Of a stretch of 50,303 bases of DNA, positions 25,797-35,178 are shown in pieces; positions within the stretch are counted from its first letter, which is position 1; each line of letters begins with the position of its first letter. The stretch lies in NCBI GenBank assembly GCA_027491735.1, contig JAOZGP010000028.1, positions 1-50,303 of the forward strand. Direction: 5' to 3'. The position numbers were made by a program, and so were the translations under genes. The notes below the pieces were generated by a model. The model had not been told where the DNA came from and searched no databases. It saw only the letters and a list, made by a program, of their open reading frames with translations. Source of the DNA: Thermoproteota archaeon. GTDB taxonomy: Archaea; Korarchaeota; Korarchaeia; Korarchaeales; Korarchaeaceae.

Positions 25797-27574
25797 AGAG
25801 GACTCTCGTTGCGAGCATACTCTCAATAGTTTACCTAGTGGGTATGGCCACGGGTGTGCAGAGAACTGTCCTCTCCAAGGCAGCTATAAGCGTTCAGTCG
25901 CCGGAATACCTGCTCTTCGTGCCTCTCATGTCATTTGGATTACTAAAAGGTTTGATGGATTTGTTAGGGGGATGGCTTGCTGACAGAGTGGGAGATAGGA
26001 GTGCTCTTATGTTGGGCTTGGTTATCTATGTTGTAGGTGCTGTCAATCTATTCCTCAGCAACACGATAGTGAAGCTGGCTCTTTCCAACGTCTTTGTTGG
26101 GTCTGGAGAAGGTCTCATATACTCCACCTCTTACGTGGCCCTGTCTAGGAAGAGAAGAGGAGCCAGTGCTAGGTTAGGAGGAATGGAGTCCTCGGTGTAT
26201 CTGGGATATGGAAGTGGAGCTCTGATGTCCGGGTTTGTGGCCGCAGCTCTTGGATTGCGCTATGCTTTCTTGATATCTCTGTTCAGCTCGATAGCTAGCT
26301 TGTTCATCTCCCCCCTAGTGAGTGGAGTTCGTAGAGGAGGCGAGGAGATCACTCCCACCACAGAGGTCTACTGGAGGGGGATGCGAAGCAAAACCCTTCT
26401 AGTCACCTACTTCACGGGCCATGTATCCAAGATGGCCGACTCTCTCGCCTGGGGGACCTATCCAGTGTTCTTAAGTGCTCTGGGCCTTTCACCTGTTGAG
26501 ATAGGAATCACACAAGGAGTCATGATGACCTCGTTCGCGCTCTTCATGCCCATCTCTGGGAGAATATCGGATATCGTCGGTCGAAAGAGCCTCACAGTAG
26601 TCGGTTTGATCGTGAACATCCTGGGGATTGCAGGCATGCTCTCCTCCACCCAGGTCATAGCACAAATGTTCTTTTCAGCCACGTTTGGAGTAGGTCTTGG
26701 CCTCTACTATCCGGTACTTCCGGCTGTAACAGCTGATGCTGTGCCTGAGGAGGCCAGAGGTAGAGCTCTAGGGCTCTACAGAGCAATGCGAGATCTCGGA
26801 TACGCGAGCGGGGCCACATTTCTGGGAATCGTCTCCTCCATGTATGGGGAACAGAGCGCGTTTCTAGGGATGATCATCCTCTTAGGAACTACGCTACTGA
26901 TCGACGTTCTTTTGCTCAGGGAGACCAAACCTGTTTGGTCAACGTACGAGCTTCACTTGAAACATACCAATCTGCTGTTCAGGATAGTCTGTGAATTCAG
27001 AGAAGCTCTCTTATCGCTGAGAAGTGGTGACTTAGCCGATTTTGAGAGGCGAGGCGTGAGAATAAAGATGATGGAGAGAGAGGCAGACCAATACAGGAGA
27101 GAGATGGACCGAATAATATACAGCAGCGTGCTCAGTGGGGATCGCCAGGATCTCCTGAAGCTCGCTTCCAGGACAGATAGAGCAATATCCTTCGTTCTCG
27201 GAGCGTTTAGAAGGATAAGCCTATCCAGAAATGCTATACCCAGGGAGCTCATGCTTAGGTTCGATGACATCGGGGATAACATGGTAAGAGCCGCTCTAGC
27301 GCTGAAGGAGTCCGTGGAGAACATGAGAGATTATCCAGATATCTCTCTGGAGCATCTGGCTGATCTGGATGAAGCTGAGAGGGAGTTCGATGTACTACAC
27401 GAGGAGTTGTTGACCATTATGGTTGAGATCAAGACCCGGATAGATCCCGTGGACGCGATACTCCTCATGCACTTCATAGATTTCTGTGAGAACTCCGTTG
27501 ATCTGATGCAGGATTCTGGCGATATTATCAGACTAGTGATCTCTAAGCACTCGGTGTGGTCAGTGAGAGGATAG
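25793..27574 (+). CDS. MFS transporter fused to a C-terminal DUF47/PhoU-like domain
   Basis: About 12 TM helices with MFS motif A twice (GGWLADRVGDR, GRISDIVGRK) and RGRALGLYR..RDLGY, then a soluble helical domain with EREAD..RR, DRQDLLKLA..D, ERE.D and D..QD..D. Confidence 0.85.
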   Translation: MKRTLVASILSIVYLVGMATGVQRTVLSKAAISVQSPEYLLFVPLMSFGLLKGLMDLLGGWLADRVGDRSALMLGLVIYVVGAVNLFLSNTIVKLALSNVFVGSGEGLIYSTSYVALSRKRRGASARLGGMESSVYLGYGSGALMSGFVAAALGLRYAFLISLFSSIASLFISPLVSGVRRGGEEITPTTEVYWRGMRSKTLLVTYFTGHVSKMADSLAWGTYPVFLSALGLSPVEIGITQGVMMTSFALFMPISGRISDIVGRKSLTVVGLIVNILGIAGMLSSTQVIAQMFFSATFGVGLGLYYPVLPAVTADAVPEEARGRALGLYRAMRDLGYASGATFLGIVSSMYGEQSAFLGMIILLGTTLLIDVLLLRETKPVWSTYELHLKHTNLLFRIVCEFREALLSLRSGDLADFERRGVRIKMMEREADQYRREMDRIIYSSVLSGDRQDLLKLASRTDRAISFVLGAFRRISLSRNAIPRELMLRFDDIGDNMVRAALALKESVENMRDYPDISLEHLADLDEAEREFDVLHEELLTIMVEIKTRIDPVDAILLMHFIDFCENSVDLMQDSGDIIRLVISKHSVWSVRG

Positions 27575-27581
27575 GAGAGAC

Positions 27582-28325
27582 TTAAAATCCAATCTCCTGT
27601 AGATCCCACCCCTTCATCACCCTCTTAACCTCCTCGATTATTCTGCTCACAACCTCCATCATGAACCTTTCCGCGGACTCTCTCGGCGGGATCTCAACGG
27701 AGTCGTTCTCGCCGTACAAGAGAATGGATCCTGGAGCTGGTATTGGTTCTACTCCTTTCCTGCATAGGTAGATCTGCTCCCTGAGGTCTTGACTTCTGAC
27801 CAGTGAGTCGTCTATCACCATCATAGCTGCGGTCTCCTCCGTGCCAGCATGACCACCGACAGAGCCGAGGATCTCCTTGGAGATCTCCTCACCGTATATC
27901 CACCAGTGAATTATGAGACATCTAGTTCCATACCTGATCCAAATCCTCTTACATGCGGATTTGAGGGCATCAACGTGATCTTTGGATCCATGGCCGTTGA
28001 GCACGATCACTCTGTCGAGACCGTTCTGGGTGAGAGCTGTCAGGACATCCCCAAAATAGGACTCGAGAGAATCCTTAGATATAGTCATGGACCCGGGATA
28101 CGCAAGGAGGGAGGACACCACTCCATAGCTTATGGGAGGCGCTATCAGAGCATTTAGCTCGTCTGCTATTCGCTCTGCTATCCACTCAGGTATCATGAAA
28201 TCTGTTCCGAGTGGAAGATGTGGTCCGTGGGCTTCGATGACCCCTACCGGGAGTATCACTGTGTCCGTTTCTTCAACCGCCTCAGCAAACTCCCGCCAGT
28301 TAAGCCTCCACAGCCTCCTCTCCAC
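27582..28325 (-). CDS. Creatininase/creatinine amidohydrolase family protein
   Basis: PVGVIEAHGPHLPLGTD, NGHG, GHAG..ET. Confidence 0.9.
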   Translation of the reverse strand: MERRLWRLNWREFAEAVEETDTVILPVGVIEAHGPHLPLGTDFMIPEWIAERIADELNALIAPPISYGVVSSLLAYPGSMTISKDSLESYFGDVLTALTQNGLDRVIVLNGHGSKDHVDALKSACKRIWIRYGTRCLIIHWWIYGEEISKEILGSVGGHAGTEETAAMMVIDDSLVRSQDLREQIYLCRKGVEPIPAPGSILLYGENDSVEIPPRESAERFMMEVVSRIIEEVKRVMKGWDLQEIGF

Positions 28326-28326
28326 G

Positions 28327-29661
28327 TCAGATCACACCCCTTTTTCTGAGGAAGGAGGTCACCACATCCTCTAAATTGGGCCTTCCTATCTCCTGAAGCT
28401 CGTATTTCACGTGAACTGTTGGTTTATCTATCCTCAGGTACCTGCTCAGATCCGTCGGAGTTCCTAGAATCACAGAGTCAACTGGCATAGAGTTTATCGT
28501 CTCTTCCAACTCTCTCATCTGCTTGGGGCTATATCCAACTGCTGGAAGAACTTCCTTGAGGTGAGGATACTCCTCGAAGGTTTTCTTCATTGAGCCCTCT
28601 GCATAGGGCCGTGGATCTATTATCCTCCTGGCCCCCAGCTTCCTGGCCACCAGGTATCCTGCCCCATATCCCATTCCCCCGTGGGTCACAGTAGGTCCAT
28701 CTTCAACCACTACAACGTCCTTTCCCCTCACAAGCTCAGGTTCAAGCACTGAATAGGGAATAGCTGCCTCTATAATCTGAGCTCTTGGGTTTACGGATCT
28801 CACATTGTTGATCAGTCTGAGAACTTCCTCTCTGGAGGCTGTGTCTACTTTGCTAACTATTACGACGTCTGCACACCTTATGTTCATACTCCCGGGCCAG
28901 TAAGTGAGCTCATGTCCAAGCCTGAGAGGATCAGCCACCGTTATCCAGAGATCCGGCTTAAAGAAGGGAAAGTCGTTGTTGCCTCCATCCCACAGTATGA
29001 CGTCGGCCTCCTTCTCAGCTTCCCGCAATATCTTCTCGTAATCAACACCAGCGTAGACCACATTGCCCATTTTTATATGAGGTTCATAATCCTCTCTCTC
29101 CTCTATGGTCGTCTTGTACCTCTCCAGATCACTCAGGGATGAAAACCTCTGAATCATCTGCTTCCTTAAGTCCCCGTAGGGCATTGGATGTCTGACAACC
29201 ACGACCTTAAGACCGAGATCCTTCACTATCTTGGCCACCCTCCTGCTAGTAGGACTCTTGCCACATCCAGTTCTCACCGCTGTCACGGCTACGACAGGCT
29301 TCTTGGACTTAAGCATAGTATCCCGAGGACCGAGCAGCATAAAGCTCGCTCCGTTAGCCTGAGCTATAGCACACCTCTCCATCACGTACTGATGACTGAC
29401 GTCGCTGTAAGAGAACACCACCAGGTCAACACCCTTCTCTCGAATGATTTTGGAGAGGTCACTCTCCGGCAGTATAGGTATCCCCTCGGGGTAAAGATCT
29501 CCCGCCAACTCTGAAGGGTAGATTCTTCCCCATATATCGGGGAGTTGAGCCGCCGTGAAGGCCACAACCTCATAGCTAGGATTGTTTCTGAAAAAGACGT
29601 TGAAATTATGAAAATCCCTGCCGGCGGCACCCATGATAACGACCCTTCTCCTTCTTTCCAT
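28327..29661 (-). CDS. arcE: Arginine synthetase ArcE-like protein (COG2403, cDPG-synthetase-like)
   Basis: GAAGRDFHNFN, R.YP.ELAG.LYP.GIPI, AVRTGCGKS, RHPMPYG, TIEEREDYEPH, WDGGNND.PF, EDGPT.THGGM..GAG. Confidence 0.8.
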   Translation of the reverse strand: MERRRRVVIMGAAGRDFHNFNVFFRNNPSYEVVAFTAAQLPDIWGRIYPSELAGDLYPEGIPILPESDLSKIIREKGVDLVVFSYSDVSHQYVMERCAIAQANGASFMLLGPRDTMLKSKKPVVAVTAVRTGCGKSPTSRRVAKIVKDLGLKVVVVRHPMPYGDLRKQMIQRFSSLSDLERYKTTIEEREDYEPHIKMGNVVYAGVDYEKILREAEKEADVILWDGGNNDFPFFKPDLWITVADPLRLGHELTYWPGSMNIRCADVVIVSKVDTASREEVLRLINNVRSVNPRAQIIEAAIPYSVLEPELVRGKDVVVVEDGPTVTHGGMGYGAGYLVARKLGARRIIDPRPYAEGSMKKTFEEYPHLKEVLPAVGYSPKQMRELEETINSMPVDSVILGTPTDLSRYLRIDKPTVHVKYELQEIGRPNLEDVVTSFLRKRGVI

Positions 29662-29742
29662 GAGCAACACCTGATCAGATTTTTGTTACAAGTAGCTCAA
29701 AATCTTTAACATCAAGCAGTGAGTTATGGTTGGGCTTGCACC

Positions 29743-30720
29743 ATGGGATTCAGCGAGCTCGATATCATCAGAGAGATCATTAGGCTCGTTCCGAAAGATC
29801 CACATGGCCTTTTAGAGATCGGGAAGGATGATTCATTTGCTAGACGTATGGAAAACGGCATTTACGTCTTCAACTCAGACATGATGACCCAGTCCTCCGA
29901 CATGTTGCCGGGCATGAACCTCAGAAACTTCTCCAGAAAATGCGTCATAGCCAACATCTCTGATCTAGCGTCGAAAGGAGCTGAGCCCATTCTTTTCATG
30001 TGTTCCCTGGGAATACCGGGTGGTTCTTCTCTTCTCGAATGCCGCGAGCTTCTGGAGGGAATCGTAGAGGGAACCAGTGAGTATTCCACGTATCTGGTCG
30101 GAGGGGACATCAGCAGGGCAGAGGAGTATGTAATAGATGGATTCTCTGTGGGGTTGGTTAGAGGAAAGCTCATCTCCAGGTCAGGGGCTAGAGAAGGAGA
30201 TGTCATATATTCTACAGGACTCTTCGGCTTGACCTGGATTGGATATCGAATACTGTTGGAGGGACTTGAGACCCCAGGAGATCTGAGGACCAGGGCTCTT
30301 GAGCTGTTGTACAGACCGAGAGCCCATGTGAGAGAGGGAGTTCTCATATCTGAGAATGGATTAGCCACGTCATCAACTGATAGCAGCGATGGCCTTTACA
30401 GAGCTCTCCTGAATATTTCTGAGGCCAGTGAAGTGAGCGCTGTCGTGGAGAACTTGCCAATAGATCCTGAAGCGGAGGAGTTCCTACTGGAGGTAGGGAT
30501 AGATCTCGTGGAACCGACATTCTATGGTGGAGAGGAATACTGCCTGGTCTTCACGACCCCTCAGAGCAAAACCAGGATTCTTGAGGATCTGTTTTCCGAT
30601 CTGAGGATCCCTCTCTATAGGATAGGAAGAATAGGTCAAGGAAGAGGTGTGTTCATGCGGAAGGATGGGTCCTTGCTGAGGCTCCCCCCCGGGGGATGGA
30701 TCCACACTTTTCAAACCTGA
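29743..30720 (+). CDS. thiL: Thiamine-monophosphate kinase
   Basis: E.DII, DD, NISDLASKGA.P, LVGGD, RSGA..GD, DSSDGL, GGEEY.LVFT, GW.H.F. Confidence 0.9.
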   Translation: MGFSELDIIREIIRLVPKDPHGLLEIGKDDSFARRMENGIYVFNSDMMTQSSDMLPGMNLRNFSRKCVIANISDLASKGAEPILFMCSLGIPGGSSLLECRELLEGIVEGTSEYSTYLVGGDISRAEEYVIDGFSVGLVRGKLISRSGAREGDVIYSTGLFGLTWIGYRILLEGLETPGDLRTRALELLYRPRAHVREGVLISENGLATSSTDSSDGLYRALLNISEASEVSAVVENLPIDPEAEEFLLEVGIDLVEPTFYGGEEYCLVFTTPQSKTRILEDLFSDLRIPLYRIGRIGQGRGVFMRKDGSLLRLPPGGWIHTFQT

Positions 30721-30729
30721 GAAACACGA

Positions 30730-31113
30730 TCACATCTTATCTATTGAGACCTTCATGCCTGTTGTTATGGATTTCACACTCTCCAAACCGGAGAGAATTT
30801 CTCCAAGCTTGGTAACTCTACCGCCTGAGATGGTGATTTTCCTCAGAGCAATCACAAGCATGCTGTTTCCTACGTCAAGGCCTACCTCCCCTTCGTTTAA
30901 GATCTTCGCTGGTGACTCAAGCACACCCTCGACATCAACGGATATGTACACTGCGGAATCGGATCTTATCGCTAGACCTCTCATGGGAAGATTTCTGTAA
31001 ATCCTTTCTATTGAAATTGGGGACAAGATCCTCTTCAGGGATATCTCAGCCTCTCTTCCGTTGACTTTGATCTTTATGATGTACCTTTCCAGTTCAACCA
31101 ATTTCAGGGGCAC
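30730..31113 (-). CDS. Cyclophilin-like-fold protein (TM1367/DUF369-like)
   Basis: L.R.LSP.S....Y..LP, GEVG and V..LGEI..GLE patterns. Confidence 0.65.
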   Translation of the reverse strand: MPLKLVELERYIIKIKVNGREAEISLKRILSPISIERIYRNLPMRGLAIRSDSAVYISVDVEGVLESPAKILNEGEVGLDVGNSMLVIALRKITISGGRVTKLGEILSGLESVKSITTGMKVSIDKM

Positions 31114-31119
31114 CTCCTG

Positions 31120-31347
31120 TCAGCGTGCTCTGTAGATTCTGAGCTTTGAGTAGCCGTCAACACATACAACAAGCCCCTCCTTCTCAAAAACCCTCAGAAG
31201 CTTCTTTGCGACACTGATCCTTATGCCATATTTGGAGGCCAGAGACTGTGGTGTAACAGTCTTAGCCTTTTTCACATATTTCCTTATCTCCTCCTCGAGT
31301 TCAGGCGTGACCTCTATTGATCGGACCTGTTTCTCCTCTGAGCTCAT
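31120..31347 (-). CDS. rps25e: 30S ribosomal protein S25e
   Basis: VTPQSLASKYGIRISVAKKLLR..E..GLV.....K.RIY. ATG 31347 follows GGAGG. Confidence 0.9.
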   Translation of the reverse strand: MSSEEKQVRSIEVTPELEEEIRKYVKKAKTVTPQSLASKYGIRISVAKKLLRVFEKEGLVVCVDGYSKLRIYRAR

Positions 31348-31841
31348 GTAAAAACCTCCTCCTCTGTGCCAGTAGAACCCGGGGAGAATCAATATTTAAA
31401 AATTTAATCTCGGGCTTATGCTTGGCTTTTTCTCAACTGTAGGGGCTTATCCGTCCCTTTACCAACTCTAAAACCGAACTTATAGCTGAATCCATATAAC
31501 GTTTCGTAATTTTCCAGTCCTTTAAAGGTTAGTCTCCCATCCTCGCTAACTTCAAGCGTGCATCTGTTCTGGCTGTCCGCCACGTTTGGAACCTTCGCAA
31601 CAATTGTGATGGACGGCCTTCCCCCTCCAGATGGACGAGCCCTCGGGGACAGATCCCGCATCCATTCAGTTCGGGCCCATCCAGCCTGCCCCTCTCGCCA
31701 CCCGTCCAGAGAGGAGCCCATGTTATGCATCCCTGAATCGCTTCTTCATAAGGATTTCTATTGTGCAAAGGCCTTCATGCGCTGCGAATGCGATGTTGTG
31801 CGTTCCTGCACCCCCCTGGAGACCTACTGTGTGTTTATCCA

Positions 31842-32714
31842 CTAATGTTTATCGGATTTGTTGTAGTTACGTAAGGCGATCTCCAGCGATTCCAGTTCTT
31901 CAAGCCTGCTCTTGACCTTATCCTCGAGGTTCTTAAGCTCCTCTTTCTTCTTCTGGATTTCCCTGTCTAATTCGTCTTTCATGGAGAGAAAACTCTCCAT
32001 CTTTGCTTTCTCCAGATAGATCCGTGCCTCTTCGGAGTTCAGTCTCTTTTCCCTCTCCGACAGCTCCTCGTACAATCTTGTAAACTTTTTGAGAGAGTCC
32101 CTAAGCTCTTTTAAGTCATCTGAGTGTGATTTCAATGAGTCAAGGACTTCCCTCACATCCTTGATCACGTTTGAGATGTCCAGCACAGACCTACTCAACC
32201 CCTCCCTAAGCAACCCCGATATGGTGTTGAGGGACTCCTGGAGATCTCTTTTAACTGATTTCAAATACACCACTTCATCTTCCAACATATTTTTCTTAGC
32301 TTTAAGAGAGGAGATCTTCGAATCCAGGTCGGCGACCATGGTCTCCAGTTCGTCTGTTTGAAGCTTGAGTTCCTTCTTTCTGTCCTCGAGCAGCTTGACT
32401 TCCTCAGTCAAAGCGTCCTTGTTTGCCTCTAGAACCGTGATCTCAGAAGCAAGCCTTTCTCTTCCTTCTTTCATGCTCTCTATGTCCTTCTCAAGCTCTT
32501 CCATCTCTTTCCTTAAGACATTAAGTCTTCTTGCATTTTCTTCGATTTCACCCTCAAGAGCATTTTTCTTTATGGTGAGCGAGCTAACCTCATAGGTTAG
32601 TCTCTTGTACTCCTTGACAAGCCGAGAGATTTCGGTTCTCATAGCGTTCACATCAGATTTTATCTCCTGAAGATGCATTTCCTCCATCTCAAGGTTATGT
32701 GGATCCTCTGACAT
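31842..32714 (-). CDS. Long coiled-coil protein of unknown function
   Basis: Near-continuous heptads (L..E...L...K..L), E/K/L-rich, with no globular domain or TM helix. Confidence 0.8.
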   Translation of the reverse strand: MSEDPHNLEMEEMHLQEIKSDVNAMRTEISRLVKEYKRLTYEVSSLTIKKNALEGEIEENARRLNVLRKEMEELEKDIESMKEGRERLASEITVLEANKDALTEEVKLLEDRKKELKLQTDELETMVADLDSKISSLKAKKNMLEDEVVYLKSVKRDLQESLNTISGLLREGLSRSVLDISNVIKDVREVLDSLKSHSDDLKELRDSLKKFTRLYEELSEREKRLNSEEARIYLEKAKMESFLSMKDELDREIQKKKEELKNLEDKVKSRLEELESLEIALRNYNKSDKH

Positions 32715-32774
32715 CTGAACAGCCCTTCAAGAAAGATTATATCCATTGTTCATTTTAATCTTACCCGGTCCCCT

Positions 32775-33218
32775 ATGAGCGAGGTCGTTAGAGAATTTCT
32801 TGATCCTGAAAAGACGATAGCCGTCGTTGGAGCTACAAATAATCCTGAGAAGTGGGGATACAGGCTTTACAGATTTTTCAAGAGCAGATATAAGGAGGTC
32901 TTTCCTGTGAATCCGAAGTACAGAAGAGTACTGGGAGATACATGTTACCCCTCGCTCAAAGCGCTGCCGAAAACTCCTGACATAGTGGATCTCGTTGTGA
33001 GATCAGATATCGCTGTCAAGTACGTCGAGGAGTGTGTGGAGCTTGGAATTAAAATGGTTTGGTTTCAGCCGGGATCAGAGAGTGAGGCTGCCTTAGAGCT
33101 CTGTAGAAAGCATGGAATAAAGGAGGTTCACGGCATGTGCCTCATGGAGGAAGGAAAGAGGTCTGCTGTCCCGATGTCCCCGGTCTTCAGCTTGGAAGAG
33201 GAAAGCAGAGGACCATAA
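32775..33218 (+). CDS. CoA-binding domain protein (YccU-like)
   Basis: IAVVGA...PEKWG, PVNP, YPSL, VWFQPG, C.M. Confidence 0.9.
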   Translation: MSEVVREFLDPEKTIAVVGATNNPEKWGYRLYRFFKSRYKEVFPVNPKYRRVLGDTCYPSLKALPKTPDIVDLVVRSDIAVKYVEECVELGIKMVWFQPGSESEAALELCRKHGIKEVHGMCLMEEGKRSAVPMSPVFSLEEESRGP

Positions 33219-34278
33219 GAGTGGAATATAAGATTGAGCCGAGAACCTTCCTGTGCTTCGATACTCCAGTGTATTCATCGAGTGGGGGAGGATGGGGAAA
33301 CATCATCATGAGGAAGACTATTATCAGTGCCATCATTGGACTCACTGGAATCGTGAGCAGGGCTGCTAGCCATCCCACCACTGTTCTCTTTTTGGCGTCC
33401 GCCAGAAGCGAATATGCCACGTGCCCTCCGTCGAGTTGAGAAGCAGGCAGTAGATTCAGGAATGTGACTATCAGTCCGATTATGCCGGCGATGGCGAGGG
33501 GAGAGAGGAGGAGCATCTCCCTCGGTGTCACGCCCAAGATATATTCATATATATGTACTAGTACTGGCATGGGAAGAGCTGCCACCTCCCCACTCCTCTC
33601 CCATTGAGCAGCGATTGCGGATGGGACCACATGTGACGTTAAAACCCCAGCGAAGGAGACCACTACAGCCACGATAAAGCCCGCCACCGGACCGGATATT
33701 CCGAGATCAAAGAGCTCATCTCTGTTTATGGGGATCTTTCCGCTCGTTATCAGAGCACCCAGGGTCCCGTAAGGAGGAATGAAAGGTATGAAGTATGGGA
33801 GCTCCACCTCGCCGCCCCACTTTATGTTTGAGATTATATGTCCGCTCTCATGGATGCCAAGAATTGACATCAGACCCAACACGTACAATATCGCTCCTTG
33901 AACCACATCCATCTTCACCCCTATCCTGGCCAAGAGGGAGGCTGTTCCCAGGGAGAGGAGATATCCTGACGCAGCTACAGTGAACATCGTGATCATCAAC
34001 AAGATCATCTGTCTTCTACTGGACCTTCTCGATCTCGAAGAGGCCTCTGGTATGTTCCTCAGGAGAAGAAGTGGTCGACTGTTCTCCCCTCTGAGCAGCT
34101 TGGGTATGATCCCCCGAGGTACAAGCTTTTTGGCTAGATCAGCGAATTTTTTCTTTATTATTTCCTCAGATTCGGGTTCAAGATCAAAATTTATTCCGCT
34201 TTCGGTCAGTATGAAGTCTCTGACCTCGAAGCTCGCTCTGACCACCTTGAGAAGTTCTTCTACATCCATCGAGCTCAA
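33187..34278 (-). CDS. Site-2 protease (M50 membrane metalloprotease)
   Basis: HESGH (HExxH), PYFIP, GTLGA, SGPVAG, NLLP..LDGGH. Confidence 0.92.
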   Translation of the reverse strand: MSSMDVEELLKVVRASFEVRDFILTESGINFDLEPESEEIIKKKFADLAKKLVPRGIIPKLLRGENSRPLLLLRNIPEASSRSRRSSRRQMILLMITMFTVAASGYLLSLGTASLLARIGVKMDVVQGAILYVLGLMSILGIHESGHIISNIKWGGEVELPYFIPFIPPYGTLGALITSGKIPINRDELFDLGISGPVAGFIVAVVVSFAGVLTSHVVPSAIAAQWERSGEVAALPMPVLVHIYEYILGVTPREMLLLSPLAIAGIIGLIVTFLNLLPASQLDGGHVAYSLLADAKKRTVVGWLAALLTIPVSPMMALIIVFLMMMFPHPPPLDEYTGVSKHRKVLGSILYSTLMVLCFPLPS

Positions 34279-34372
34279 CAGAGAGCTGGAGATATAAAAG
34301 GATATGTTTATAGGGAGGAAATGCGCACTCTAATGACCTGAAGAGCAAACTGGGGATTGTCGGTGATCTCTC

Positions 34373-34912
34373 TTGAGGGAGGACTTCAGGGTGAGATACT
34401 TTCAATCCGAGGACGTAGCGTCTGTTCAAAGGTTAAACCAAGTGTTCCTCCCGGAACACTATCCCATATACTTCTTTCATGAGAACCACCGCAGATTCCC
34501 GAAGGCTTTTCTTGTAGCTGAGATAAAGGGAAGTATCGTGGGATATGTTATGTGTCGTGTAGAGAAGGCATTTCTGTGGAGAAAGACCCTTAATATGGGA
34601 CATGTCCTATCGGTAGCTGTCGATAGAAACTACAGGAGGAGAGGTATAGGCAGGGCCCTTATGATCGAAGCTGAGAAGAACCTTCGCTCGGAATATGGAT
34701 GTAACTTGATATATCTGGAGGTCCGTGTGTCCAATGAGCCGGCAATAAATCTCTACAAGAAACTTGGGTACAGAAAGCTGGGCGTGATACCTAGATATTA
34801 TCATGATGGGGAGGATGCTTACCTTATGTTTAAGATAGTCTCCCCGGATACCACTGAAAGAGACGTAATGGAGAGCTTGGGAGGCAGGGTAAGGGAGAGG
34901 GAACTTTTTTAG
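34373..34912 (+). CDS. rimI: N-terminal acetyltransferase (RimI/Ard1, GNAT)
   Basis: LPEHY, VGYVMCR, GHVLSVAV...YRRRGIG, LEVRVSN..AI.LY, YY.DGEDAYLM. Confidence 0.92.
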   Translation: MREDFRVRYFQSEDVASVQRLNQVFLPEHYPIYFFHENHRRFPKAFLVAEIKGSIVGYVMCRVEKAFLWRKTLNMGHVLSVAVDRNYRRRGIGRALMIEAEKNLRSEYGCNLIYLEVRVSNEPAINLYKKLGYRKLGVIPRYYHDGEDAYLMFKIVSPDTTERDVMESLGGRVRERELF

Positions 34913-34938
34913 CATTCGTGCTAGTTAGAAAATAGGAG

Positions 34939-35178
34939 ATGCCCAAGTCTAGGTCTAGGTTGAGGAGGATAGATATAACCTCCTTAAGAGATCCCTTCTC
35001 CTTGATAAGGATTGCTAAAGAGGTCCAGAAGCTAAATTCTGGAGAGTCCTTGGAATTTATCGTGGGAGATAAGGAGACCGTGGAGGACCTGAGTTCGTGG
35101 TCGGCCAGAACAGGAAATCCAGTTGATATAAGGAGGAAGGGAGACTTCTGGATTGTTAGGGTGAATAAAGTTGGTTGA
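34939..35178 (+). CDS. TusA/SirA-like protein lacking the persulfide cysteine
   Basis: ID...L.DPFS (CPxP position), L..GE.LE...D.....D...W....G TusA pattern. No Cys anywhere in the ORF. Confidence 0.75.
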   Translation: MPKSRSRLRRIDITSLRDPFSLIRIAKEVQKLNSGESLEFIVGDKETVEDLSSWSARTGNPVDIRRKGDFWIVRVNKVG

